Source: a virus. Taken from it: a stretch of DNA of 42,576 nt. How positions within the stretch are numbered: the first letter of the stretch is position 1; every line of letters begins with the position of its first letter. The stretch is taken from IMG/VR virus record IMGVR_UViG_3300016665_000124, one strand, 5' to 3'. The notes below the pieces were generated by a model. That model had not been told where the DNA came from, made no database searches, and worked only from the letters and a program-made list of their open reading frames with translations. Both the position numbers and the translations under genes were made by a program. Positions 1 to 7,369 of the stretch are shown here, in pieces.

Positions 1-22
1 CGGCTTCGGCTGCGGCGACGGC
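1..22. repeat. Terminal 22-nt overlap identical to 42555-42576, indicating circular closure or an assembly overlap
   Basis: cggcttcggctgcggcgacggc occurs at both window ends, and an ORF is continuous across the join. Confidence 0.85.
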
Positions 23-58
23 AACTGTTCTCCGCATCGTAACAGGAGGGCTAAATGA
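1..58 (+). CDS. 3' end of the (X-Gly)n repeat protein ORF that starts at 42334 and continues across the window junction (frame 2: GFGCGDG NCSPHRNRRAK stop)
   Basis: nt 1-22 duplicate nt 42555-42576. Reading on from nt 23 in the frame of the 42334 ORF gives NCSPHRNRRAK and a TGA at 56-58, which forms an ATGA overlap with the ATG at 55. Confidence 0.6.
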   Translation, partial: GFGCGDGNCSPHRNRRAK

Positions 59-384
59 CTGACTTTCGTGCGCTTTGCGCTGAGCTGCTAGACGAGTTTG
101 TGTATCACACAGACTGGTCCGACGCAAAGGAACTGAAAGATCGCGCCCGCGCTGCCCTATATGAGTCCTGCGCCAGTGACTATAAAGTGGCAAGTGAAGA
201 TACAATGCGCCGTATCCGTTCAACAACAAAACGTTGGAGAGTAAGTGTAATCATCAGCACTAACGACAGCTCAATTGACACCCGGATTGGTTGCGGGATC
301 TGGAAATGCTTGGATATTGAACGTGAAATCCTTGAAAGCGTTTCCTTGCCCGAATATCTTGCAATTAAGGAGAACGCACAATGA
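55..384 (+). CDS. Hypothetical protein, member of the MT(T)DFRALCAEL N-terminal module family
   Basis: 109-aa ORF with ATGA overlaps at both ends. The N-terminus MTDFRALCAELL is shared with the ORFs at 381 and 41541, and it has the DRARAAL motif shared with the 381 ORF. Confidence 0.6.
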   Translation: MTDFRALCAELLDEFVYHTDWSDAKELKDRARAALYESCASDYKVASEDTMRRIRSTTKRWRVSVIISTNDSSIDTRIGCGIWKCLDIEREILESVSLPEYLAIKENAQ

Positions 385-415
385 CCACTGACTTCCGTGC
401 GCTTTGCGCTGAGCT
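369..415 (+). repeat. 47-nt direct repeat (1 mismatch) with partner at 41529-41575
   Basis: ggagaacgcacaATGACCAC(T/C)GACTTCCGTGCGCTTTGCGCTGAGCT spans a stop/start gene junction in both copies. A shorter third copy of 21 nt lies at 67-87. Confidence 0.9.
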
Positions 416-1127
416 ACTGGCTCACGCCGAACGGGCTCAAAGCGTTGCCGCGCAGGATCTTTGGTTTGGTGACGAAGACGATGGGCTATTTGACCGTGCT
501 CGCACTGCCATGGCTGAGGCTGCGCCCGAGAGCGGGAAACCGACCTCTGTTGTTGGAAATCCAACCGACGAGGAGTTGCTTACCTTGCTGCCTCAAAGCG
601 TGGAATCTGGCTTTTGGTTACCAGGAGGCTTGCCTAGCGACTGGGTTGATGGTGATTTTATTGCTCCACCCGAAGCCATTGTTGCCTTCGCCCGCGACGT
701 TTTAGAACTCTGGGGTTGCCCTGCGCCCGCATCCAACCCCTGGAAGGACACTCTGCTCGATGCCCTCGTTTGCAACTTTCTCCTGAATGCGGAGAATGAG
801 GATAATCCCAAGAAAGCCCTAAATGACTTGATTGCCTGGGAGAAACAACTTGCTACGGACCCTCTGATTAACCCTGAGCTTCATGCAGCTTTTAATACCT
901 ACGCGGTAGATGAGTGCCATCATAATCTGCTAGAACGCGCCCGCGCTGCCCTGACTGAGCCCGAGTCAGGGATTCCCAAGAACTGTTGGCTTGACGAAGA
1001 TCCTGGCTTATGCCCATCTCCATGCGTTTTCGATGATCCAAATGACCATGTATGTAATTGCATGTTCGCCACAAAACTTGAAACCGATAGCAAGCCAAAA
1101 ACGGACTGCAAGTATTACCGCCAATGA
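381..1127 (+). CDS. Hypothetical multi-module protein (MTTDFRALCAEL family) with a Cys-rich C-terminus
   Basis: 248-aa ORF, ATGA-coupled at both ends. It has two (D/E)RAR(A/T)A(L/M) motifs and 7 Cys in the last ~50 aa. Confidence 0.65.
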   Translation: MTTDFRALCAELLAHAERAQSVAAQDLWFGDEDDGLFDRARTAMAEAAPESGKPTSVVGNPTDEELLTLLPQSVESGFWLPGGLPSDWVDGDFIAPPEAIVAFARDVLELWGCPAPASNPWKDTLLDALVCNFLLNAENEDNPKKALNDLIAWEKQLATDPLINPELHAAFNTYAVDECHHNLLERARAALTEPESGIPKNCWLDEDPGLCPSPCVFDDPNDHVCNCMFATKLETDSKPKTDCKYYRQ

Positions 1128-1402
1128 CTGACCCCACCCCACTAAGCCCCGCAGCCCGGGCAGTTGATCGTGCCGTAGCCGATCGGATTCAACTGCTGGG
1201 TGAGATCGCCCCCTCGCGGCAGATTGTCGCCGCCGCCCTACGTGCTGCTGCGGATCAGGTGGTGCCTGAGGAACGCAAACCAAGTGCTGACTCGGATTAT
1301 CACTTAATGAATTGGACCAAAGCTCTTGATACTTATTATCAGCGAAAGCAAACTCGCGCCGAGATTCTCGCCATCGCCGCCGAACTGGAGGGCCATGTCT
1401 AA
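1124..1402 (+). CDS. Hypothetical protein, paralog of the 41332 ORF (AAALRAAA-Q motif)
   Basis: 92-aa ORF with an ATGA overlap to the upstream gene. A ~24-nt near-identical block (gccgccgccctNcgtgctgctgc) is shared with 41418-41445. Confidence 0.6.
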   Translation: MTDPTPLSPAARAVDRAVADRIQLLGEIAPSRQIVAAALRAAADQVVPEERKPSADSDYHLMNWTKALDTYYQRKQTRAEILAIAAELEGHV

Positions 1403-1589
1403 GGATCTACGCGCTGCACTTACAGACCTGATCCATGACCTTGAGCTGGCCGACTGGCCTAGGCATCTTGAAGGCAAGTTCCGCGAAGACCTCATCCGTG
1501 CCCGAATCCTCCTCCTATCGACTGATCAAAACTTGTCCAGAATGCGGGTCACGCAAGGTCAAGGTTGTACAGACCAGGCCAGCCATTGA
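1395..1589 (+). CDS. Hypothetical small helical protein (MSKDLRAALTDLIHDLELADW...)
   Basis: 64-aa ORF starting at the ATG within ATGTCTAA, overlapping the upstream stop. Its 3' part overlaps the Zn-ribbon reading frame, so the true extent is uncertain. Confidence 0.35.
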   Translation: MSKDLRAALTDLIHDLELADWPRHLEGKFREDLIRARILLLSTDQNLSRMRVTQGQGCTDQASH

Positions 1590-1761
1590 TGGCCGCATTG
1601 TTCGCCGGCGATGGTGTCAAGCCTGCACCCATCGCTGGTACACCATCCAGTCGCCTGAACAGGTGGTGCCAAACTGGTGCATCAACTACAAAGGCACCAA
1701 CGCATATGACCAAACCATCCACATCCATGACCCGCTCCGACATGATCCAGGCGCTTTATGA
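1435..1761 (+). CDS. Four-cysteine zinc-ribbon protein (Ogr/Delta- or NrdR-ribbon-like), paralog of the 39040 ORF
   Basis: CPECGSRKVKVVQT...RRRWCQACTHRWYT aligns with MECPSCQNRWIKVVET...RKRQCAACDHTWFT. The peptide from the ATG at 1435 to the ribbon looks non-coding, so GTG at 1498 is an alternative start. Confidence 0.55.
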   Translation: MTLSWPTGLGILKASSAKTSSVPESSSYRLIKTCPECGSRKVKVVQTRPAIDGRIVRRRWCQACTHRWYTIQSPEQVVPNWCINYKGTNAYDQTIHIHDPLRHDPGAL

Positions 1762-1906
1762 AGCCAGTGGTCGCACCAATGGCCTCTACACCGGTCTTTG
1801 GCATGAGTTTGCGATGGATCTTGCTGCTAACTTCCGTGATCAGCCTTTTACCGAAGAAAACGCTGCTTATCGCAAGGCATTGATGGGCAAATGGGCCAAT
1901 GATTGA
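1727..1906 (+). CDS. Hypothetical protein
   Basis: ATGAC start (MTRSDMIQALYEAS...) inside track ORF 1565..1906. An alternative ATG lies at 1706. Confidence 0.45.
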   Translation: MTRSDMIQALYEASGRTNGLYTGLWHEFAMDLAANFRDQPFTEENAAYRKALMGKWAND

Positions 1907-2357
1907 AGCCAGATTCCTTGCGGATCTGCGTCGTCAACATCGTGCTGAGCTGATCCTAGTCATGGTTCAACTTGAACAGCTATGTCCAGGATCATGGCTG
2001 ACCTTACAAGAGCTTGCTGAACAGCTCGGCACTGATCGTGCTTCGTTGAATCGCAGCATTCGTAAGCTAGAAGATCTCAACTTATTGCGCCGCACAACAG
2101 TCTCAAACTATGGCGGCACCTGGATCTGGTGGGTCAAGCAACATGCAACCCATCAACCTGATCCATTAGATGAACCGGCATGGGTGCTGCAAAAGGTATC
2201 TGATCGCAGCCTGCATCGCGTACCGATCAGCCAACGCTGGGAATGGGCCAAGGCTCGAAGCATCCCACGCCAAACCTTTCGATCATTCCTTGCCGGACAG
2301 CAACTGCTGTTGCGCAAACGCTGGAAAATTGCATCCGCACCATGTCTGACCTTGTGA
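1899..2357 (+). CDS. Winged-helix (MarR/Rrf2-like) DNA-binding protein
   Basis: 152-aa ORF. The segment LTLQELAEQLGTDRASLNRSIRKLEDLNLLRR has the HTH recognition-helix pattern. Confidence 0.6.
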   Translation: MIEARFLADLRRQHRAELILVMVQLEQLCPGSWLTLQELAEQLGTDRASLNRSIRKLEDLNLLRRTTVSNYGGTWIWWVKQHATHQPDPLDEPAWVLQKVSDRSLHRVPISQRWEWAKARSIPRQTFRSFLAGQQLLLRKRWKIASAPCLTL

Positions 2358-2566
2358 ATCACCCGGCCCATTACACCAAAGGCAAGTTTGAGGCGATTGA
2401 CATCATTGATGACGTCATCGCCTACGCGCCAGGCCCTGGCTATGGCTATAACCAAGGGCAGGCGCTTAAATACCTGTTGCGTCTTTGGCATAAGGCCGAT
2501 CCGCTTACCGACGCCAAAAAAGCCCAATGGTATCTGAACCGACTGATCGCATCGCTCGAGTCCTAA
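2342..2566 (+). CDS. DUF3310-like phage protein
   Basis: The internal ATG gives MSDLVNHPAHYTKGKFEAIDII...GNALKYLLR-like...AKKAQWYL, the motif pattern I recognise from the DUF3310 family. Confidence 0.6.
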   Translation: MSDLVNHPAHYTKGKFEAIDIIDDVIAYAPGPGYGYNQGQALKYLLRLWHKADPLTDAKKAQWYLNRLIASLES

Positions 2567-2718
2567 GCAGGCTGTCATTTATCGAACGATTCGCCATCAG
2601 GATCCTCGTCAACAGTCCACGCATCATGGGCATCGAAATCGCTATTGACATCGAACCAGAAAGCATGATCCTCGAACGCATTTACCACATGCCAGCGCAT
2701 GGTGAAGACGATGATTAG
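2527..2718 (+). CDS. Hypothetical small acidic protein (start uncertain; internal ATG at 2626)
   Basis: The track ORF stop overlaps the next ATG (ATGATTAG), consistent with coupling. An antisense 41-aa ORF (MRWHVVNAFEDHAFWFD...) is an equally plausible alternative. Confidence 0.25.
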   Translation: MVSEPTDRIARVLSRLSFIERFAIRILVNSPRIMGIEIAIDIEPESMILERIYHMPAHGEDDD

Positions 2719-3079
2719 CGTCTACAATAACCGGATCCAGCTCATGCGAGTCAGGCTGACCGATAACTGGTCAGCCATCATCCGCATTCCTGGCCAAGGT
2801 GATCATCACGTTGATCTAGGCACGTCAAACATACGGATTGCATTCTCTAAGGCGCAGGATCACTATCAAGCCATCAGGATGGGCATCACAATGGATGATG
2901 CCCATGCGGTCAATAACGAAGGCCGTAAGTGCTGGAATTGCACAAACTTCATGCCACGTCTTAATGCCTGCGACTATTACTTCCCTGAGGTACGCCAGAC
3001 TGGTTACAGGTACGCCAGCCAATGCCCGTTGTATGACGATGGAACGAAAGATTATCGAACGCCTCGATCGAGGCCATGA
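2711..3079 (+). CDS. Hypothetical protein with a possible AP2/integrase-arm-like N-terminal DNA-binding fold and a Cys-rich C-terminus
   Basis: ORF (ATG at 2699 or 2711). The W-A-I-I-R-I..G....LG......A pattern weakly resembles AP2-type domains, and a CWNC...C...C cluster follows. Confidence 0.45.
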   Translation: MISVYNNRIQLMRVRLTDNWSAIIRIPGQGDHHVDLGTSNIRIAFSKAQDHYQAIRMGITMDDAHAVNNEGRKCWNCTNFMPRLNACDYYFPEVRQTGYRYASQCPLYDDGTKDYRTPRSRP

Positions 3080-3200
3080 TCGCTGGATTGATGTGCTTGA
3101 AACCAGCGAAGGTGAGCCGCTTTACCGCGCCTGCGGTCAAGGCATGTGCCGCTACACCAATGATCTTTGGCAAGCGGAGATTTACGTCCAGTATTACTAG
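3033..3200 (+). CDS. Hypothetical small protein (last gene of the rightward arm)
   Basis: ATGAC start within track ORF 2838..3200 (M-T-MERKIIERLDRGHDRWIDVLE...). Its stop overlaps the stop of the convergent HNH gene in a CTAG. Confidence 0.4.
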   Translation: MTMERKIIERLDRGHDRWIDVLETSEGEPLYRACGQGMCRYTNDLWQAEIYVQYY

Positions 3201-3526
3201 GAATCCAGCCAGTCCATAATTATGGCTTCCTGGGAAACCGAATAAAACGGCTGCGCTGCATACCAGACGCGCCAGTCCTGATGCGCCTTTTCGCGGTTGC
3301 ATCGCAGGCAACATGCCACCAGGTTGTGCCTGACGGTTTGACCGCCCTTAGCCTTTGGCTGCACGTGATCTAGCGTTGCTGTCGCCTTGGTCAATGGCGT
3401 GAAGCAATAGGCGCATTGCTCATTAAAGGCCAGCATGATTTGATCACGCCAGCGCCGCTTTGCTTCTGCTTTACGAATCAGTTCGCCATCGTCGATGTAG
3501 TCATCAATCATGCAGCCTGCACGCAA
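3197..3526 (-). CDS. HNH endonuclease
   Basis: CAYC...LDHVQPKAKGG....NLVACCLRCNREK matches the HNH beta-beta-alpha metal-finger motif. Confidence 0.8.
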   Translation of the reverse strand: MRAGCMIDDYIDDGELIRKAEAKRRWRDQIMLAFNEQCAYCFTPLTKATATLDHVQPKAKGGQTVRHNLVACCLRCNREKAHQDWRVWYAAQPFYSVSQEAIIMDWLDS

Positions 3527-4089
3527 GGCATCACGCGTAAATGCCCGTTGTAATGCCCAGTGACGCTGTAGTCACGGTCAGGCCGTTGGGCCATCTGGAA
3601 GAAGACCATCTGGCCGATCTTCATCCCAGGCCATAGTGCCAATGGCCGCAACTTGCGTGCATTAGTGATCTCCATCGTCAACCTACTGCCATGCCAACCT
3701 GGATCGCAGTAGCCAGCAAGAAGATGTTCAAAGCCCTGCCTTGCACGGCTTGACTTAAGGACAAACTGAGCGGCTACGGTATCTGGCAGGTTGAAGATCT
3801 CCTGCGTTTCTGCCAGCACAAAGCATCCAGGCTGCAGCAGGTATGGGTCTTCTGCAGTGTTGTAGGTGATGTCTACCAGCTGCATCTCATCGGTGTCTGG
3901 CACTTCTTCCATCACGTGCCAGCCGAGCGTAACGTCAAGGCTTGCAGGATTTAGCAGCTCTGGATTGAACGGCACCACCATGGCCTCCTGTTGGCACAGG
4001 TGGCGGATTGCATGATCAGGCAAAATCACGGCATCACCAGCAGCGCCCAACCGGAGCCAAGCCCTTCGACCTGCCAGCGTGGCAGCCAA
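3508..4089 (-). CDS. dcd: dCTP deaminase / dUTPase-superfamily protein
   Basis: ILPDHAIRHL..VVPFNPELLNPASLDVTLG and GYCDPGWHGSRLTMEITN...L.PGMKIGQMVF match Dcd signature blocks. The ATG at 4089 overlaps the upstream gene by 64 nt, so the true start may be internal. Confidence 0.75.
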   Translation of the reverse strand: MAATLAGRRAWLRLGAAGDAVILPDHAIRHLCQQEAMVVPFNPELLNPASLDVTLGWHVMEEVPDTDEMQLVDITYNTAEDPYLLQPGCFVLAETQEIFNLPDTVAAQFVLKSSRARQGFEHLLAGYCDPGWHGSRLTMEITNARKLRPLALWPGMKIGQMVFFQMAQRPDRDYSVTGHYNGHLRVMPCVQAA

Positions 4090-4733
4090 TTCTTGCGGCT
4101 GTAGGCCACACCTTTGCCTTTGGAATGGTTGGCATAGCCACCGTTAACGAGATCCGCCTCACCGTTTGGATCGTTATGGATGAAGGCCTCACTGTTATAG
4201 CCAATCACGACGCTGTAGTGGCCGCCGCCAGTGGGTCGGCTTGCTGGACCTTTGTGCAGCCAGCCAGCCGCTACGGGGCGACCAGCATTGATCTCACGCT
4301 CAAGTAAATCTGGCGTGGCATTCGTGACGAACCGTGGCTGCAGGCCAAGACTGGTCAATGCACGCACCTGCGCCGAGGCATCTGTGCTGTCGCCATAGCG
4401 TGCACGGATCTTGTTGTATTCGTCATCATTGCGCACCTTGCCATAGAAGCGCGCAATCATTGCGCAGCTACTTGAGAAGCACTCGCGATAGCCTGTGCCG
4501 CTGGCGTTATCGTTCTGGTACTCATAGGCAACAGGTAGTGGATTGGCGTGATTCTGCTGCTTGCCGTCCTGGCTCCATACCTGAAACCATTCGGTATCGC
4601 GTCGCATCACTTCCGCATAAGATTTGCCGCTTAGCAGAGCCTGCTCTAGCTGGCTGATAGCGGCCAGCTGGTGAGGGAGGCCACGGTTGAAGCGGAAGAG
4701 CTGCTCCAGGGTGATGGGTGCTGGGTTGCTCAT
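4026..4733 (-). CDS. Peptidase C39-like (papain-fold) cysteine peptidase, candidate endolysin
   Basis: YQNDNASGTGYRECFSSSCAM (candidate catalytic Cys) and GGHYSVVIGY (candidate His), with two small membrane ORFs immediately upstream. Confidence 0.55.
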   Translation of the reverse strand: MSNPAPITLEQLFRFNRGLPHQLAAISQLEQALLSGKSYAEVMRRDTEWFQVWSQDGKQQNHANPLPVAYEYQNDNASGTGYRECFSSSCAMIARFYGKVRNDDEYNKIRARYGDSTDASAQVRALTSLGLQPRFVTNATPDLLEREINAGRPVAAGWLHKGPASRPTGGGHYSVVIGYNSEAFIHNDPNGEADLVNGGYANHSKGKGVAYSRKNWLPRWQVEGLGSGWALLVMP

Positions 4734-4981
4734 AGAGATTCGCGGGCTTCTAGTTTGCTGACCCGTTGCTCCAGCCCATTGAGGCGGGAGTAGGTTTCGG
4801 CGCGGTCGGATTTGAGGTCTACGTGGAGCTGCTCTAGGCGGCTTGAGACGGACTCCACGGCAAGGGTGAGGCGAATGACCGCTTCACGGCCTTCGGTGGC
4901 GCGTTTGGTGACGCCCGTGACGCCAATGCCCGCAAAGGTGAGGACGGCACCAACGATGGCCGCAGCGATCTCAGGTCCCAT
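4730..4981 (-). CDS. N-terminal TM helix plus coiled-coil protein (holin-associated or i-spanin-like)
   Basis: 83 aa: IAAAIVGAVLTFAGIGVTGV followed by a heptad-like charged helix. ATGA-coupled to the peptidase gene. Confidence 0.5.
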   Translation of the reverse strand: MGPEIAAAIVGAVLTFAGIGVTGVTKRATEGREAVIRLTLAVESVSSRLEQLHVDLKSDRAETYSRLNGLEQRVSKLEARESL

Positions 4982-4984
4982 AGG

Positions 4985-5131
4985 TCAGCGTGGCTTGTGG
5001 GCGGCTACAGCGCGCAGCACCGAAAAGACGAGCTGAAGCCAGCCATTGGCGCGGACGCCTGGCAGCAGGCTGAGCACCTCAGATCCAGCCAACAGGCCGA
5101 TGGCGACAGCGACGATCTGCTCTTGGCTCAT
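4985..5131 (-). CDS. 48-aa hydrophobic protein, candidate holin
   Basis: Hand-translated MSQEQIVAVAIGLLAGSEVLSLLPGVRANGWLQLVFSVLRAVAAHKPR. It is below the track size cut-off and sits directly upstream of the lysis-like genes. Confidence 0.4.
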   Translation of the reverse strand: MSQEQIVAVAIGLLAGSEVLSLLPGVRANGWLQLVFSVLRAVAAHKPR

Positions 5132-5154
5132 GAGTTGTTGGGCGATAAGACAGT

Positions 5155-5517
5155 CTAGGCTGCGTCGCTTAGTGGTTCGGCTGCGTCGGTGCTAGGTGGC
5201 GTGGGAGCCCAGGGCAGCCCCGTCGCCTGCTTAGGGTTGCGCTGTTCGTCGATCTGCTGGGCCAGCGACGCTGCGTAGGCGTCCACTAGCTCTTGGCCCA
5301 TGACGACGTGGAGCCACTCCAGCACCAGCTCGGGGAATAAGCCGTCGTAGGGGATGAAGTCATCTGGATCAGCCGGCGGCAAACCCAGGGTGCCGTAGGC
5401 GCCAGCGCTTAGGCCGTCGTCTTCGGTGAGGTTGACGGTCCAATGGATGGTGGTAACGGTGCCATCAGGCAAGGAGCGATCCAGGGTGTTGATGGACCAG
5501 ACGGGTGTAGCAGTCAT
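5155..5517 (-). CDS. Conserved phage protein downstream of the tail fibre gene
   Basis: 120-aa ORF. The W-x-I-x-x-L-D...DG-x-V...HW pattern is one I recall in small proteins following phage tail fibre genes. Confidence 0.5.
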   Translation of the reverse strand: MTATPVWSINTLDRSLPDGTVTTIHWTVNLTEDDGLSAGAYGTLGLPPADPDDFIPYDGLFPELVLEWLHVVMGQELVDAYAASLAQQIDEQRNPKQATGLPWAPTPPSTDAAEPLSDAA

Positions 5518-5542
5518 GGGCGGGTGTCAGTAAGGGGACAGC

Positions 5543-7333
5543 TTATGCCCAGCTGCCGATGTTCACGGCGGAACCGGATGCGGCTAGGGGCCAGATGCTG
5601 AAGTAGGCACCGGCGTAAGTGCTGTATGCACCGCCGGGAGCTGCGCTGAGCTGGTATTGGGGGATAAACGTACCGCCGGCGTTGATGGATACGGTTCCCT
5701 TGACGATGTAAAAAATACCGGTTCCTATCGTCATTGCGGCTGTAGCGACAGATGCACCAGCCGAGGTAGCTACGAAACTAGCTGGGCCACCGTCATATGT
5801 ACTTAGCGGAGGAAGAATACCGTCGCCGGGGCCAACACCTGTGTAGAAGATGTTATTTATTGTGGCGGTTCCACCAAACAGGAACGACATTGTGTGGCTT
5901 GTTGATCCGGTGGAGCGGGAGAAGGCGTAGATGGCCTCGAATTCGTAGACGGTGGAGCCGACAAGGGTGACGCCGACGCCGTAGATGGACTGGGCGGCTG
6001 TGCCGTTGGTTCCTGCAAACGCTGAGTCAAGCCGGTAGTACTGCTTAGCGGGGATGCGACCGGCACTAAGACCGTTGACGGTGCCTTGCATATAGCCGAG
6101 GTTGTTGATCTGCATCCTCGGGGTCGGACTGGCTGCCCCGTCGGCCGTGGTGCTGAAGACCAGGCGGCCGGGCATGTCGTTGGCGCCGGGGGTGCCGTCT
6201 ACGAAAGCTGTAATCCGTGCAGCATCTACAGGCTCTGTTCCGTCTGAGCCTTGGAATGACAACACACCCAGCTCATCTCCAGACTGAACAATGGTATTAC
6301 TACCTGCTGATGTACCCCTACTTGCTCCAAGAACTACAATTCCTCCTGAAAATTGATCGCCAGTGTTGCCAAAAACGGAAAGCGTTTTGGCCGTGTTTGT
6401 TGTACCTTCAACTTGAAGTGCTGCGCCAAAGCCTCCGTTGAAAAAATTTGTACGCGCCGAACTCGTCCCCACCAGTAAGTTCCCACTAGCATCCAGCGTC
6501 ATCGCCTGGGTGAAGGTGATGGCGTTGCCGGCGGTGCCGGAGGGGGCGGTGCGCCATACATGAGTACCGTTATATTGGTAGTAGTCCGTTGCGGCGTCAG
6601 TGTTCCGGTAAATCCAGTTTGTGCCGTTATTGTAAGCGTTGTTTCCAAAGACTGAGAAACCGGCGTTGTAAGACAAATTTAAGTACGCACCAATTTGAAG
6701 CGCCCTGTATCCGCTCCAAGCACTAGGCACCACCCCCAGGCCGAGGTTGCCGGAGGCGTCGAGGGTGGCACGCAAGTCCCCATTAGTGCCAAGCTTAATC
6801 TGCGTAGCAGATGTAAGCTCAGTAGCCGTTGTATCTGCATAAAGATAGTTACTTGATCCGTTAATATAAAGCGCGTTATTTGATGGAAGTTGTATAGAAC
6901 CTACCACGTCCAATGCGCGAGCTGGCCCCGTGGTCCCCACCCCCACCCGATTATTCACCGCATCGACATAGAACGTGCCGCTGTCGATGTTGACGTTGCC
7001 GCTGCCGTCGATGGTGAGGCGGCTGGCGGTACTGGCGGTGGAGAAGTTGAGGGTGTTGGTGGTGGAGAGGTACATGCCGTTGGTCGGCACGGTTGCACCA
7101 CTGACCTCAACGGCGGTGAAGATGTACTTGGTGCTTAGGTCGTTCCAGGTGCTGCCGTCCCACTTCTGGTACTTGAAGGAGGCGCTGTTCCAGCGAATGG
7201 CGTTGGCCGGGACGTTGGTGGGGGAGGTGGTGGCAGGATCCAGCCCCAGCGCCAGGTCTACGTCGCGGTTCTTGACCTCGGTGACGAAGTCGGTGTAGAG
7301 GGAGGTGAGCGTGGGGTTGGACCAGTTGGCCAT
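5543..7333 (-). CDS. Tail fibre protein
   Basis: 596 aa, Gly/Ser/Thr/Asn-rich. The N-terminus ANWSNPTLTSLYTDF...NVPANAIRWNSASFKYQKWDGSTW is typical of phage tail-fibre anchoring domains, and the gene follows the J homolog. Confidence 0.75.
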   Translation of the reverse strand: MANWSNPTLTSLYTDFVTEVKNRDVDLALGLDPATTSPTNVPANAIRWNSASFKYQKWDGSTWNDLSTKYIFTAVEVSGATVPTNGMYLSTTNTLNFSTASTASRLTIDGSGNVNIDSGTFYVDAVNNRVGVGTTGPARALDVVGSIQLPSNNALYINGSSNYLYADTTATELTSATQIKLGTNGDLRATLDASGNLGLGVVPSAWSGYRALQIGAYLNLSYNAGFSVFGNNAYNNGTNWIYRNTDAATDYYQYNGTHVWRTAPSGTAGNAITFTQAMTLDASGNLLVGTSSARTNFFNGGFGAALQVEGTTNTAKTLSVFGNTGDQFSGGIVVLGASRGTSAGSNTIVQSGDELGVLSFQGSDGTEPVDAARITAFVDGTPGANDMPGRLVFSTTADGAASPTPRMQINNLGYMQGTVNGLSAGRIPAKQYYRLDSAFAGTNGTAAQSIYGVGVTLVGSTVYEFEAIYAFSRSTGSTSHTMSFLFGGTATINNIFYTGVGPGDGILPPLSTYDGGPASFVATSAGASVATAAMTIGTGIFYIVKGTVSINAGGTFIPQYQLSAAPGGAYSTYAGAYFSIWPLAASGSAVNIGSWA

Positions 7334-7369
7334 TGCCGTAGAGCGGAGGGAAGTGAGGGACGGCGCAGC

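Noticed and set aside
1-22. Interpreting the 22-nt terminal identity as a biological direct terminal repeat or cos site
   Set aside because: It lies inside a microsatellite-like coding repeat, and an ORF reads through it. An assembly overlap of a circular or permuted genome is more parsimonious.
2566-2700. Antisense 41-aa acidic ORF (MRWHVVNAFEDHAFWFDVNSDFDAHDAWTVDEDPDGESFDK) in the rightward arm
   Set aside because: It looks coding-like, but it is isolated on the opposite strand with no SD or promoter. The plus-strand alternative is start/stop-coupled to its neighbour. It is left unresolved and not called as a feature.
4730-4981. Embedded Rz1-like o-spanin frame within the 83-aa TM/coiled-coil gene
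   Set aside because: Hand translation of the +1 frame found no ATG-initiated ORF and no lipobox. The spanin interpretation remains unsupported.
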